From Eledone cirrhosa (taxonomy: Eukaryota), in contig OZ024743.1 of the NCBI GenBank assembly GCA_964016885.1, positions 21,824,001 through 21,888,000 of the forward strand: a DNA stretch of 64,000 bases, given 5' to 3'. Under the pieces are notes generated by a model. That model had not been told where the DNA came from, ran no database searches, and was given only the letters and a program-made list of their open reading frames with translations. The position numbers and the translations under genes are program-made. This document shows, piece by piece, positions 38,085-51,206 of the stretch. Position 1 is the stretch's first letter. Each line of letters starts with the position of its first letter.

Positions 38085-40769
38085 ACTGGCTATTACAACT
38101 CACCAGTATTAGAAATAGATCTAATAATTAGGACATTTAATAGACTTTGAAGTTTTTAATTTCAGTGGAATTGTGTGAGTGATTGGGTCATAGAGGTGTG
38201 ATGAAAATTTTGACACTCCAACGAAAAAAATGAAAAGTGACTAACAGTCATTCGGTGATGCTTAATGGCCAAAATGGCTCTATCAAAAACTGTAATTACT
38301 TCAATTTCACCACACAATCTCTGATCAATTCATTCGCCAAACAAATACAATTCCAAAAGATCATTGCAGCTTTATTATCAATGTTTCTATTTAATATTTA
38401 TCCTTCATCATCATCATCACTACTATTTAACATGTATTTTCCATTCTTGCATGAGGTAGATATTCTGAGGCTAGACTGATCAAGTAACCATGTCTTGCTC
38501 ATATGTTCCATTTTGGGCTGGATGCTAATCCTAAAGCCAATCACTTTACAGCATGAACTGGGAGCATTTTTCATGGCACCAGTACTAGCTGCCTTACAGG
38601 GGTTAAACAACAACCTCATTGTTAGATCAATATTTATAGAGACAGAATAACAGTGGATAATGTATAGGATTAACACTCCATGGATAATCAGTTGTCCATA
38701 TTTAATGTAATTTCTTACAAGTCTAAAAATTTCATAAACTTGTCCAGCATGGTAAAGTGGAGATAGAATGATGATTTTTTTTCTAATTTAATCTAAAGAG
38801 GAAATGATAGGGCCTCAAGTCTTTCCAGGCCCACATCAGCTTAAAGGTAGAGATAACAGGATTAAACTAATCCAGTATATATATATAATTAAAAGGATCA
38901 AAATTGGTGTCATTATGCTAAGTACAAGAGACAAAAAACTATGAAATTCTATACCATTGTTACAGAGAAAATATAGTTTTGACACTTTTGATGCCAGACC
39001 ACAACTCCACCTCTAGGGCAATGCTACCAAAATACTTAGAACCACCTATGTTAATGTGTTGTTATTAAAATCTTAACCCAAATCTTATTACATGAATGAT
39101 AACATGACAAGCTTAATATAACAAAGAACATTAAAAGAAACCCACAGAAAATTAAATAAAAAAAAAGATCCAACTATTTCTTCTAAATTCTGGATTATTT
39201 TCAAAATAAATTGAAAGACATTGGCTTTCTATTATTGTTAGGAACATATAATTGAAAGATCTAACATTTAATATTTTCTTTAATACAAGGCTGTTACCCC
39301 AAATAGACTTAGATAGGCAGTAGTTGAAGACATGTCTCAATAACTAGTACCAATTAGTAATATTTTATCATTTAACACTTTTAACACTACAACATTTTCA
39401 TCAATAAAACATTGTAATTTAATAACAATAAAACACTACAAGTCAATAGCTATAAAATATTATAAGTTAACACACTATCGGTTAATTGCTGTAAACAATA
39501 GAAAGAGCATTACATTTTTAGGCCGATATATCATCCATGCAGTGTTTTGGCTCAGTAATCAAGTCCAGCCTGGCAGTGTTATAAGGGTTAAGTTAGTTAA
39601 TTTTCCCCTGCAGTCAAAATAATTGTACAGACTTTGGCACATGTATTTTAAACATACTGCATGAAATGAATTGTTCTTTCTTCATTCATTTCTGTTCTGT
39701 GTTGTCTGTACTGTAAATCAGGCAGTCCTTGAATAGTTCAAGTAACATATCAGTTTTACTATGAGAAGCGATTGCTAGTGACCTAATATACTAATGCATA
39801 ACAACAACAACAAACAACAATAATAATGGTTTCTGATTTAGGCACAAGGCCAACAATATTGGGGAAAAGTGAATGTTGATTAAATAATCCCCAGTGCATT
39901 ACTGGTACTTTATTTTATCGATCCCTGTAAGGATGAAAGGCAAAGCTAACCACACCAGAATTTTGAACTCAGAACGTAAAGAGCCATAACTCTATGCTGC
40001 TAAGCCTACAACAACAACAATAATATTAACAATAATGGTTACTGATTGAGGCACAAGGCCAACAATTTTTTGTCGATTAAATTGACCCCAGTGCATTGCT
40101 GGTATATTATTTTATCATCAGAACTGACTTGTGGCTAAACAGCAACATCATAAAAATGAACTCCAAGTAAAGGGGGAAAATGGAGAGAGAGAGGGGGTGG
40201 AGAGAGGGGGGAGGGGAGAGAGAGAAAAACCAACTAAGTACGTAAATGGTACTTATACCCAGAAGAATGAAAGGTAAAGTTGAATTTGGTGGGACTTTAA
40301 TTCAGATCAAATGAACAAATATTGTAACACATATTTAAGAATCTAATCATTATAACTATTTAATTTCTATTTTCCATGTTTGCTTGCCTTAGACAGATTT
40401 TCACATTCTGAAGCTAGACAGATCAGTTGAGAATATTTTGCTCTTACGTTCCATTTAGATTTGGTGTCTACAGCTGAATGTCCTTCCTAATGCCTACTAC
40501 TTCATGGTATGTACTGGGTTTGTTTCTCATGGCATCTGACAGACTGGGTACCAGAATTATTACTTTACAGTGAAACGGGGTGCATTTTACCAGGGCACCA
40601 GCACTACTATTTTACAGTGTGGGGTGGGTGTTTTTATCATGGAACGATTTTGCTAATTGTCTCTCCTACTCACAGTATGTATTTCATTTATTTTATATCA
40701 GGCATTTTATGCTAACAATAGCATCAGATTTCCAACTGGCTAATTACTGGTTCACTGTATTTCATTCTG

Positions 40770-41025
40770 TCAATGAGAATTATAAGGAATTGTTTGCAGC
40801 CAAATACAGGACCACGCCATTTCTGTCAATGGGAATTACATGGAACTGCCTGTGGACAATTACTGGCTCATTCAATTTTTGGAATATGGAATTACAAGGA
40901 ACTGTCTGATCAATTACAGGGTCACTCCATTTCCAACAATAAGAATTGCAAGGAACTGTGTGTGGCCAATTACTAGGACACTCCATTTCTGTCAACAAAA
41001 TTACATGGAAATGCCTGTGCATCAC
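40770..41025. repeat. Degenerate ~55-bp minisatellite, 4-5 units
   Basis: Recurring aattacaaggaactg...caattac...ccatttc. Confidence 0.8.
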
Positions 41026-41039
41026 AGTGGAAAAAATAC

Positions 41040-41390
41040 TAATATATAAAAAAATAAAAAAAGACACAAATAGTGTAAGATACAAACCCACACATACACA
41101 CTAAAAACACACAGACATTACAAACACAGTGACACACATACACACACAGATAACAACACAGGTACAAATGCATGCACACACATGAAACATGAAAAACATA
41201 CAAGGACAAGGCAGAGTAACAGATTAAGACCAGATAGAAGAGAATAAATAGTCATTGAAGGGGTCACAGAATGTGTGATAAAAGGACTTTGACAAACTAA
41301 CCAATAACTAATAATAAAGATAAAGTGAAAATCATAGTGTGTATATATTTTTTTTATCAGCAATACTTGCAACATGGACATCCCTAAATA

Positions 41391-41400
<10 letters not shown>
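41040..41400 (+). mobile_element. Older relative of the PLE 3' end at 48704-49116, with dead HHR
   Basis: gtcattgaaggggtcacagaatgtgtgataaaaggactttgac (41251-41293) aligns with the HHR at 49277-49319; ends in (TA)n. Confidence 0.7.
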
Positions 41401-41426
<26 letters not shown>

Positions 41427-41430
<4 letters not shown>

Positions 41431-42210
41431 TCATCATCGTTTAACGTCCATCTTCCATGCTTGCATGGGTTTGGACGGGAGTTTTCCCACTTGGGCAAGA
41501 TTGGTTGTCTTGCTCGCATAGGACTGTCTGGCGGGTTTTCTACGGCTGGATGCCCTTCCTAACACCAACCACGTTTACAGTGTGGACTGGGAGGTTTTTA
41601 CCGTGTTACCTACACGGCCACATTACAGCGTGGACTGTGTGTTTTTTTTGTTGTGACACCTACACGACCTCATTTATTTCGGACTGGATGTTGTGGTACC
41701 AACATAACTTTACATCGAAAGGGGTGGTGTGGATGGAGTGGGGGTGGTGGGGCGGGGGTGTATTTTTGTTAGAGGTGCCTACTGACTGTAGGTTTCGCTT
41801 TGTACTTAGGCAAGGCGAGTCTTCTGTATTACTGTGTAGCGCCAAAGATCTCGGTCCAGTGACATTATCTTGGAGAGGTGTAAGTGTGTGAGGTCGGATT
41901 TATCAAGTCGTCCCAGGTTTTTCTGGTTCTGCTTACTCCGTGGCTACCGTCTATTTTTATCGCCTAGCACTTTTTTATACAGCCATCGTCTTTCATTCGC
42001 ATCACGTGACCATACCAGCGTAGTCTTTTCTCGAGTAAACAACATCTGATCCCTCTTATTCCTAATTTCTCCCTTAGCTCATTTATGCTTTGCCGTTCAC
42101 GTATATTACTATTACACATCCAACGGAGCATGCAAGCTTCGTTCCTCTCCAGTCTGCGTATATCCTCTGCACACAATGCCCAGGTCTCACTGCCATGTAA
42201 TATTGCTGTT
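41427..42210 (-). mobile_element. RTE LINE 3' fragment (copy 2)
   Basis: Reverse-complement homologue of ~27055-27847; ORF CAEDIRRLERNEACMLRWM...RWYGHVMR; (GAT)n tail. Confidence 0.95.
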
Positions 42211-42365
42211 ATTATTAGTACAGACTAAAGTTTAAGTAAAGTATTTCTGCTTTCACCCTATTACAATGATCCCCATAATAGGGTGATCCTGTAATAGGAT
42301 GAAAGCAGAAATTCTTTGCTTAAACTTTAATCTGTACTAATAATAAATATTTCCTCTACAGGTTT
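42209..42365 (+). mobile_element. Short fold-back element with HHR 3' half
   Basis: Arms 42209-42265 and 42290-42346; right arm AUCCUG-UAA-UAGGAU-GAAAGCAGA-AAUUC-UUUGCUU; ends in (TA)n. Confidence 0.6.
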
Positions 42366-42372
42366 ATATATA

Positions 42373-42424
<52 letters not shown>

Positions 42425-42474
42425 CCTTATTGAGCCCACTTCAGATTTTGGCCTTCGTAATTATTATTTTTATA

Positions 42475-42540
<66 letters not shown>

Positions 42541-43030
42541 ATATATATAGTGTACCATTTTATTGGTTTTCTCACCTATGTTTATACTCTCCATCGATTT
42601 ACATATATGATAGGCTTCTGCACATTTTCTGTCCATTAAATTCCTCTCACAGGCTATTGGTTAATCTGAGACTATCGTATTAGGTGGTTTTTGTGCTGTT
42701 GGATCAAAATTTGATCTGTGCAGTTTGCAAATCTAACTTTTTAATAACACCAGTTTATCTACAACTTTCTGGCAATTGTTGAGCAAACTATGCCACTGCA
42801 CTTAAATTTCTTTCCAAAAAAAATATATTACCGTAAAGTAAAAAATCATACGTCTACTTAGTACAGCTTTCTATAAAAAAAATAAAATGCAACAGCAATG
42901 TTTGTGTGCGAACTAACATATAAAATAACAATATCATATGATATCGATAAGTAGATTGGCGACTTTATATTTCTATTTACTCAAACTGAAGATATTAGAT
43001 ATTATTTATAAGAATATCTTCAGTTTGAAT

Positions 43031-43064
<34 letters not shown>

Positions 43065-43235
43065 ATATTGATTCCCTGGAGTGGTGTTTGAAAAAAAAAG
43101 AAAACTGGAACAGAGTGTAAACAAAGTTGGATACTTTAAAGAAGTAAATCTACTGATGGAACATAAAACTATGCATTTATTTGCATCGTTATATACATAC
43201 AAGTATGTGTATGTATTTAACCATCTACACATGAA

Positions 43236-43273
<38 letters not shown>

Positions 43274-43940
43274 TGTATGTAATAAATATCTGCTTCTTTG
43301 CATATACACATATTTCTTGATAATGGAATTAACTTGCTTTTATCCCATGTAAGTTCTTGCTTGAATTATATATCACCTACATGTGATGGCAATAACTATT
43401 ATGTATTATGGGGCTAAACAAGTAATTGTTTTTAATTCAACAACAAATACAAAAGAGGAGTGTAATCAAAACATCTGACTGCTTCATGAGGTCACTTGAG
43501 GTAAATATTTCTTCATGTGGTATATTTGAGGTCCCTCTATCTTGTTTAGTTCACTTAGGCACAAAGACATATCAATGACGTCCTATAGATCACAGCCAGA
43601 TTAAGTCCTTTGGAGGCTCTAAGCACTTAAATGGGTATGTTTCCCCACCAGCACAACCATATATAAAGTCTGAAAAATATATTTGGAATGATTCAATATG
43701 CTTAAAATGGTAACCCTTCTTCCCTTGATGCCCTAAGTATGTGATTATTATGCTTAATGGTGAATTCCCCTACTTTTGAGGCATTGTACATAGTGCTTAA
43801 ATATCTTGCCAAGATTTATGGACAGTCATCAACCCTAGGACTGCAGGTATTAAGGCATCTCAATTTATCATTTTCCACAGTAGACATTTTTTAAAGGCAT
43901 TTTTACTACCATTCTAAGACAGTTTATTATTTCTGCTTAA

Positions 43941-44193
43941 CCCTTTCAATACTAACTTGCCAGAAACTTCCCCTGGTTCTGTGATACTACAATGTCCATT
44001 TTAAAGTGTTGATATTTATATCAAAACCTGCCAGCATAATTTCATCAGAGAACATTTTGCTAAGTTGTATTTCACAAACCAACTGAATAACAAAGAAGTT
44101 ATTTTATTACATATCTCCAACTTTTCGATTATTTCTAAAATTAACTGAAACACATAGACAGTGTATTTCATGAGTATTAGGATAACGAAAGGG
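43941..44193. mobile_element. piggyBac-like MITE
   Basis: ttaa-ccctttcaatac ... ataacgaaaggg-ttat; related decayed copies near 36440-36631 and 58140-58588. Confidence 0.65.
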
Positions 44194-44713
44194 TTATATA
44201 GTAAACACTTCATTCCTTTATCCATTCCTAGTCAATTTATATAATCCCATACTTGTTGTGTCAACAACTGTTATATACTGTGTGGCAAAATGAAATACTG
44301 TTTAATCTAACAGTGGCTCACAAGGTGGATAGTTACCAAAGCATCTAGCTGAATTATGAGGTTATCATCAATTTTTATGTTCAGTTGGATGGGTTGTTGA
44401 GATCTGAAACCAGGCAGGTCAGAAGAACTAATCGTCCTCATTTCTTTCTATATTTGGTATGGTTTCTATGGCTGAATGCTATTCCGAATGCCAACTGCTT
44501 CGCAGGGTGTAGTGGGTGCATATTTTCTTTGTTGAATATGTATTTAAGGTTTTTTTATCCATTTTATTCACATTGACATCAAGTCATAGTACTGACTACC
44601 AGTTGAATTATTGTGCACTCATGGGGATTAAATATCTTGACTATATGAAACAAAATTGTACTCCCTCTAAGTTAATGAAGTTATCTAGTATGTGTGTGTG
44701 TGTGTGTGTGTGC

Positions 44714-44788
<75 letters not shown>

Positions 44789-46951
44789 ATACATACATAC
44801 ACACAGTTTCTGCTTACTACATTCATTCACAAGAGATTAGTTGGCCCAAGGCTACATTAGAAGACATTTGCCCAAGGTGCAGCACAGTGGAATAGAGCCT
44901 GGAACTATATCGTTGCCTGCACAAATTTAACATGTAAATTCATTTATATATGTATGTAAACATAGACAAATATATATCTATGCTCTTAATCACACAAGCA
45001 TATAAACACAGTTATACTTGGAATAAGTTAAAAACAAAATTGCTCATTGCAATACATCTCAAGAATATAGTATAGAATACTGATTTCTGAAATATTTATC
45101 AGGTCATGTTTGGGGGTGGGCCTAGTTATTTAAATCAACCACTGTACATTACAGATACTTTATTGAGGTCAAAAGGAGGAAAGGAAAAGCTGACCATGTC
45201 AGGATTTGATCGTAAAATATAAAGGACTGCAATTAAATACCATAAGGAATTTTGCATGATGGTAGAAATTGAACCCTGTATCTCTGGTTTACTTAACAAA
45301 CAAGCAAAAATATGAATGAGTCAGTAGCCATTTGGGATTAACTTTACAATAGACTGGTGTCTTTAATGCCAATCACTTAATGTTATGAAACTAGGATAAG
45401 ATCCAGACTGATGAGCCTCATAGTTCTATGACAGTCTTAAATCAGACAAAATACAGGATAAAAACAAGAGAAGACTGCATGAAAGTTAGAGAGAAACTAT
45501 TGATGGTTGATGAGAGGAAAAAGGAATTAGAGGCTAGTAAACAATATGTGTGGGAAAGCAGGAAAGCAGACATAAAATAATGATGATGATGATCATCATG
45601 AAGTCTAAATTATTTTAAATAGCTTTTAGTATTTAGTTGCTTTAATTTACATTCCATGTCAGAATTTCACTGAGCTCAACATTATCTCTCATCCCTCCAG
45701 GCTCAAGTGAAATAGTTGGGTTGATTTAATTGACTGTTCTCTCTTTCAAAGTTTCAAGCCTTTTACTTATGGCAGAAATCAATATTTTTGTTATCAATGT
45801 GTGTGTTATAGTCATATGCATAAATGTATGGAACTACCAATTCATGTCACGAGTTAAGATTGTACTTCAATAATGCATGATGGTCCCTGAATTTCAACTA
45901 CCTTAATTCCATCAGCTGTTGGGGTTTCAAGGAATATTGCCTGTGATAGACTTGCGTCATTTCCAGTAAAGAGGGATCTATCTCATCTGTGCTTGAAATC
46001 TCTTAAGTGTTTTAAATCTCTTAAATCTCCTGGAAGTCATCATCATCATCTATAACGTCAGACTGCCTTACTAATTTATATTAGCTATGTGGTTAAGAAG
46101 TTTGCTTCTTATCTACTTCTACTTCAGTCACAATATAACCAATATTTTGCAAGTGAAATTTCTAAGACAGAAATTGGGCAAAAGCCCAACAAGGTAAACC
46201 AGTGTGTTGAGTTACATCCCTTTAAGCCAAAAATTTAAAATGCAGCCATTCGACAAAAAGAGATCAATAATATAAGTTCCAAACTGAAATAAGTACTAGT
46301 ATTGATATGATCAACTAAAACCTTTGGAAGCAGTGTCCCAGTATGACCACAGCCTCCTGAGACAAATCAGCAAAGAATGCTAGCATTCTTTACATTTGTG
46401 TATGTGTACCACATTTTATCTATCACAAGACTTCTTAAGCACTTTAAAAAGAAGCATGCACTGTGCAACAATGCAAGAGACACACAAATATATGAGCATA
46501 TTTTTCTGTTTAATCTTTTAATAATAAGTAAATCACAGAGGCTAACCCAGCTATTCCATCACACACCACCCGGTCTGTCTTCTCCATTTCTTTTTTTACG
46601 CCTCAGTGTCATTCTTCTTTGTCTACACATTGGACTACAGTCCATATTCTTCTTCTCTATTTTTCTATATCTCTCCTATCTATATTTATTTCTCCTTTGG
46701 CTAAGCCCTTGCACACCATTCTCTCTCTACTTTGTCAGTTGATGCACTTGGGATACATTTTCATCTGTGTAATCCGCTGAAAATCATAAAGTCTTTGTCT
46801 CTACCTGTTTTGTTACCTCCCAATGTGCACTAGAATGAATTGAATCAATCTTAATGCACCAAAAATGTAGTGATTTTCAAAGGTTGACTGAGGAGATGAG
46901 ATGTTTTTCCATTGTTTTTTCATTGTCTATGTCCTAAATATATATATATAT

Positions 46952-47082
46952 AAGAAAGGAGTTGTGGTAAGGAACTAGATGGACCATAACGCACCAGAGT
47001 ACTCAATACTTAGGGTGGTAGAGTCCAGAAATAGCCATCGAAACGGCTTGAGCTCTGCCGTCGGGGTCATACTTTTTCCTAT
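46952..47082. mobile_element. Short HHR-half element, deletion derivative of the 62704-62899 type
   Basis: Near-identical to 62704-62899 but lacking 62777-62841; flanked by (TA)n on both sides. Confidence 0.85.
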
Positions 47083-47634
47083 ATATATGTACATACATAT
47101 ATATATAAATATACATGCAAACAAATATGTATTTGATCTGACATGCACACAGACAGTAGACAGTCCTATAAAAATGAGTGCACATGTGCAATACATGTGA
47201 GTAAATATATATTTGTAGTACACAAACAGACCATTGGCTTAATTATATATAAAAACATGTATTGACGTCGTTTGAATCTGTATTAAGTAAGAATGTATAT
47301 ATGTACAATGAATATGTGTATGCATGAGTGTGTAGGTGTGTAGATGCATGTGATTTCCTGTGTGCTCACACATATATACTTGCTTCTTCATTACCCATAA
47401 AGGCGGGATTTTCACTACATATAGAGGCATGGAAATGTTTAAAAGCTAGATAAAGTTTTAACAGTGATCTGTACATACATTAAGTATTTGTGCTTATTTT
47501 AGCTTAGTTCACTCAACCGAATAAGAAGGATAATATACTTTACCTCACACACTAAGTATACACATATACATACATGCACCAAACTGCCAACCAGTTTTGT
47601 ACACACATTTTGAATGAATCTATCTATCTATTGA

Positions 47635-47696
<62 letters not shown>

Positions 47697-47750
47697 GACA
47701 CACATACACACACATAAATATATATATACATATATATTTATGTATATATA

Positions 47751-48092
47751 AATCGAAAGGTTGTGAGTTCAATTCTCGGACCGGGTGATGTGTTGTTTCC
47801 TTGAGCAAGACACTTTATTTCACATTGCTCCAGTTTACTCAGCTGTAGAAATGAGATGATAGGACTGGTGTCCCTATCATTCCACTGCAAAGTGGACGTG
47901 TAGGCGCCACGTAAAAAAAGCACCCAGCACTCACTGTAAATGAGGTTGGTGTTAGGAAGGGCATCCAGCTGTAGAAATAAAGCCAGAATCAGTTCCCGTA
48001 TGAGAAATACAAGGTCAGCTGACCGGACACTTCCCACAACAGGACAACCCGTCTAACCCATGCTAGCATGGAAGAACGGACATAAAACGGTT
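47751..48092 (+). mobile_element. SINE family B, 5'-truncated, alternative 3' tail
   Basis: Homologous to 37738-38084 and 54529-54876 from aatcgaaagg onward. Confidence 0.9.
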
Positions 48093-48137
48093 CTATATCA
48101 TCGTTTAAAATCCATTTTCCATGCTAGCATTGGTTAC

Positions 48138-48171
<34 letters not shown>

Positions 48172-48650
48172 ACTGTTACTTATTGTTAGGAGAGTGCCAT
48201 CCCTTCAGTGGACATTGCACGATCATCTGCATGCAGGTGACTTTTCAGACATACACACACATACATATATACATAAAATATACATATATATACATATATA
48301 AATATACATAATACACACATATAGATATGCACACACATATGTATATATACACACACACATATATACACACATATAAACACACACACATATATATACACAC
48401 ACGCACACACACATATATATATACACACACACATATATATACACCCATATATATATACACACACATATATATATATATATACACACACATACATATATAT
48501 ACACACACATATATATACATATATATATACACACACATATATATACACACACATATATATATATACACACACACACACATCCATATTACTCTTTTACCTG
48601 TTCCAGCCATCCAGCTGAGGCCATGCTGGGGCACCACCCTTATATATACA

Positions 48651-48710
<60 letters not shown>

Positions 48711-48842
48711 ACTCTGGGAGGGTCATGTTGCCAATAAGAAACACACGCACCAGTTGCTTTCACTTCAATTTATTATAATAAATTTATAAATTTATAAATT
48801 TCTGGTTGGTTGGTTCCACAACCAGATAGTTGTTTATATATT

Positions 48843-48885
48843 GTCATAGTTCTTTCGTCACACACTCTGTGACCTCTTCAGTGAC
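48843..48885 (-). ncRNA. Minimal hammerhead ribozyme in PLE 3' UTR
   Basis: GUCA-CUGAAGA-G-GUCACA-GAGUG-UGUGAC-GAAA-GAAC-UA-UGAC. Confidence 0.8.
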
Positions 48886-49276
48886 TGGGGATTCCTTTCT
48901 TTGTTTTTGTGCCACTCCTTTGTTCTATCCTACGCCATTTTGTTTCTGTGTGTGTGTTGTGTGCTCAGTCTGCGCATGCGCCACATCCGGGTGTCTGTGT
49001 GTGTTTATGTTCATTTATTTATTTGTTTATTTACATGTTACTGGTTGGTTGTTTGTTCTATGTGTGTGTGTGTATTCATTTTGTCCTTAATTGTAAGTTG
49101 TGATGTTGCTGTTCCACTAATATTTTCTATTTAATTTTGGTTGTAATTCTTTTATGTTTATTGCCTCTGTGGCGGATGTGGCGCATGCGCAGACTGAGCA
49201 CACAACACACACACAGAAACAAAATGGCGTAGGACAGAACAAAGGAGAGGCACAAAAACAAAGAAAGGAATCCCCA

Positions 49277-49319
49277 GTCACTGAAGAGGTCACAGAGTGT
49301 GTGACGAAAGAACTATGAC
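49277..49319 (+). ncRNA. Minimal hammerhead ribozyme, inverted copy
   Basis: Same sequence as 48843-48885 on the opposite strand. Confidence 0.8.
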
Positions 49320-49553
49320 AATATATAAACAACTATCTGGTTGTGGAACCAACCAACCAACCAGAAATATATACAGGTTATACATTTCTTATCTATACAC
49401 GAGGGTCTTTGAAAAGGGTATGTCTTGCTAATAAGTGTTTTTACGGAGGTACCAGGTCTTTCTACTATCTTAATATTGAGTTTATGTTTATCTAGGGCCC
49501 TTCTAAATTTGTAAGCTAATTCACCTCTAGGGGTTGTATCGATGAACATTACA

Positions 49554-49677
49554 CTATCATCTCATTTCTACAGCTGAGTAAACTGGAGCAATGTGAAATA
49601 AAGTGTCTTGCTCAAGGAAACAACACATCACCCGGTTCGAGAATTGAACTCACAACCTTTCGATTTATATATACATA
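49554..49677 (-). repeat. Inverted duplicate of 47739-47862 (SINE B fragment plus its flank)
   Basis: One mismatch seen; same truncation junction tatgtatatata|aatcgaaagg. Confidence 0.85.
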
Positions 49678-49767
49678 TATACATATATATATGTATGTAT
49701 ATATTATACATACATATATACATACATATATATATATGTATGTATATATTATATATACATATATATA

Positions 49768-50088
49768 CATGCTTGATTTCCTTTATTGCCGCCAAGACAT
49801 CAGGGGCGCCAAACGTTATGTCCGATAAGGTGTAATGGGGAGTAACATCGCCGATACAGCCCAGATCGGCCATATCAGGATTGCTGAAGACAGAGCAGTA
49901 TTGTTTCTGCAGTATCTCACCCATGGTTTTAGCATTGTCTTGAAGAGTGCCATTTTCATCAATTAGAGGGCCAACAGTAGAGCCAGTGATTTTGTGTTTT
50001 TTTGCAAATGAAAAGAACACTTTGGGATTGAGTTTGATCTTCTCAATGGCCCAGGCCTCTTCAGCTCTTCTCTGATTGTTGATGAGGG
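49768..50088 (-). mobile_element. Internal fragment of a CR1/L2-group LINE ORF2 (endonuclease-RT tether)
   Basis: Open frame [18 protein letters not shown]...VGPLIDENG...[13 protein letters not shown]...[10 protein letters not shown]; bounded by microsatellites on both sides. Confidence 0.85.
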
Positions 50089-50322
50089 ACATACACATAT
50101 ATATATATATGTACATATATATATATATATACATACATATATATATACACATATATATATATATATACACATATATATATATATGTACATATATATATAT
50201 ATATGTACATATATATATATATATATACATACATATATATATATACACATATATATATATATACACATATATATATATATGTACATATATATATATATAT
50301 ACACATATATATATATATGTAC

Positions 50323-50357
<35 letters not shown>

Positions 50358-50363
50358 CATACA

Positions 50364-50395
<32 letters not shown>

Positions 50396-50445
50396 CATAT
50401 ATATATATACATATATATATATACATACATATATATATATATATA
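50089..50445. repeat. (TA)n/(CATATA)n compound microsatellite
   Basis: Direct reading. Confidence 0.98.
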
Positions 50446-51105
50446 CATCATCATCATCATCATCAACGTTTAATGTCCGTGTTCCACGCTTGCATGGGTT
50501 TGGACGGGGGTAGTCCCACTTGAGGCAAGAGTGATTGTCTTGCTCGCATAGGACTGTCTGGCAGGTTTTCTACAGTTGGATGCCCTTCCTAACACGAACC
50601 ACATTTACAGTGTGGGCTGGGAGGTTTTTACCGTGTTGCCTACACAGCCACATTACAGCGTGGACTGTGTGTTTTTTTGTCGTGACACCTACACGATCTC
50701 ATTTGTTTCGGCCTGGATGGTGTGGCACCAACACAACTTTACATAGAACGGGGTGGCGTGGATGGGTTGGGGGTGGTGGGACGGGGGGGGGGGTATTTTG
50801 TTAGAGATGCCTACTGGCTGTAGTAGGTTTTACTATGTATTTAGGTAAGGCGGGTCTTCTCTGTTACTGAGTACCGCCAAAGGTCTCGGTCCAGTGACAT
50901 TGTCTTGGAGAGGTGTAAGTGTGTGAGGTTGGAGTTTATCAGCTCGTCCCAGGTTTTTCTAGGTCTGCCTATTCCGTGGCTACCGTCTATCTTTATTGCC
51001 CTGCACTTTGTTATACAGCTATCGACTTTCATGCGCATCACGTGACCATACCAACGTAGCCTTCTCTCGAGTAAACAACATCTGATCCCTCTTATTTCTA
51101 ATTTT
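50446..51105 (-). mobile_element. RTE LINE 3' fragment (copy 3)
   Basis: [24 protein letters not shown]...KTRLT*, 3' UTR and (GAT)n tail homologous to 27195-27847. Confidence 0.95.
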
Positions 51106-51175
51106 TTATATATACATACACATATATATATATATATATACACATATATATATACATATATATATATATACATAC

Positions 51176-51206
<31 letters not shown>

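Larger units (their letters stand above)
48704..49550 (-). mobile_element. Penelope-like retroelement, rearranged, with inverted pseudo-LTR
   Basis: Minus-strand peptides FIDTTPRGELA...KIVERPG...PFQRPSCIDKKCITC (Cys-rich RT-endonuclease linker, Neptune/Naiad-type) and EAINIKELQPKLNRKY* (GIY-YIG C-terminus); ~190-bp inverted arms 48798-48989 and 49173-49368; 3' end runs into (TA)n. Confidence 0.85.

Noticed and set aside
48990-49116. SECIS element in the PLE 3' UTR
   Set aside because: No AUGA/GA quartet stem visible and no in-frame UGA in the surviving coding fragments
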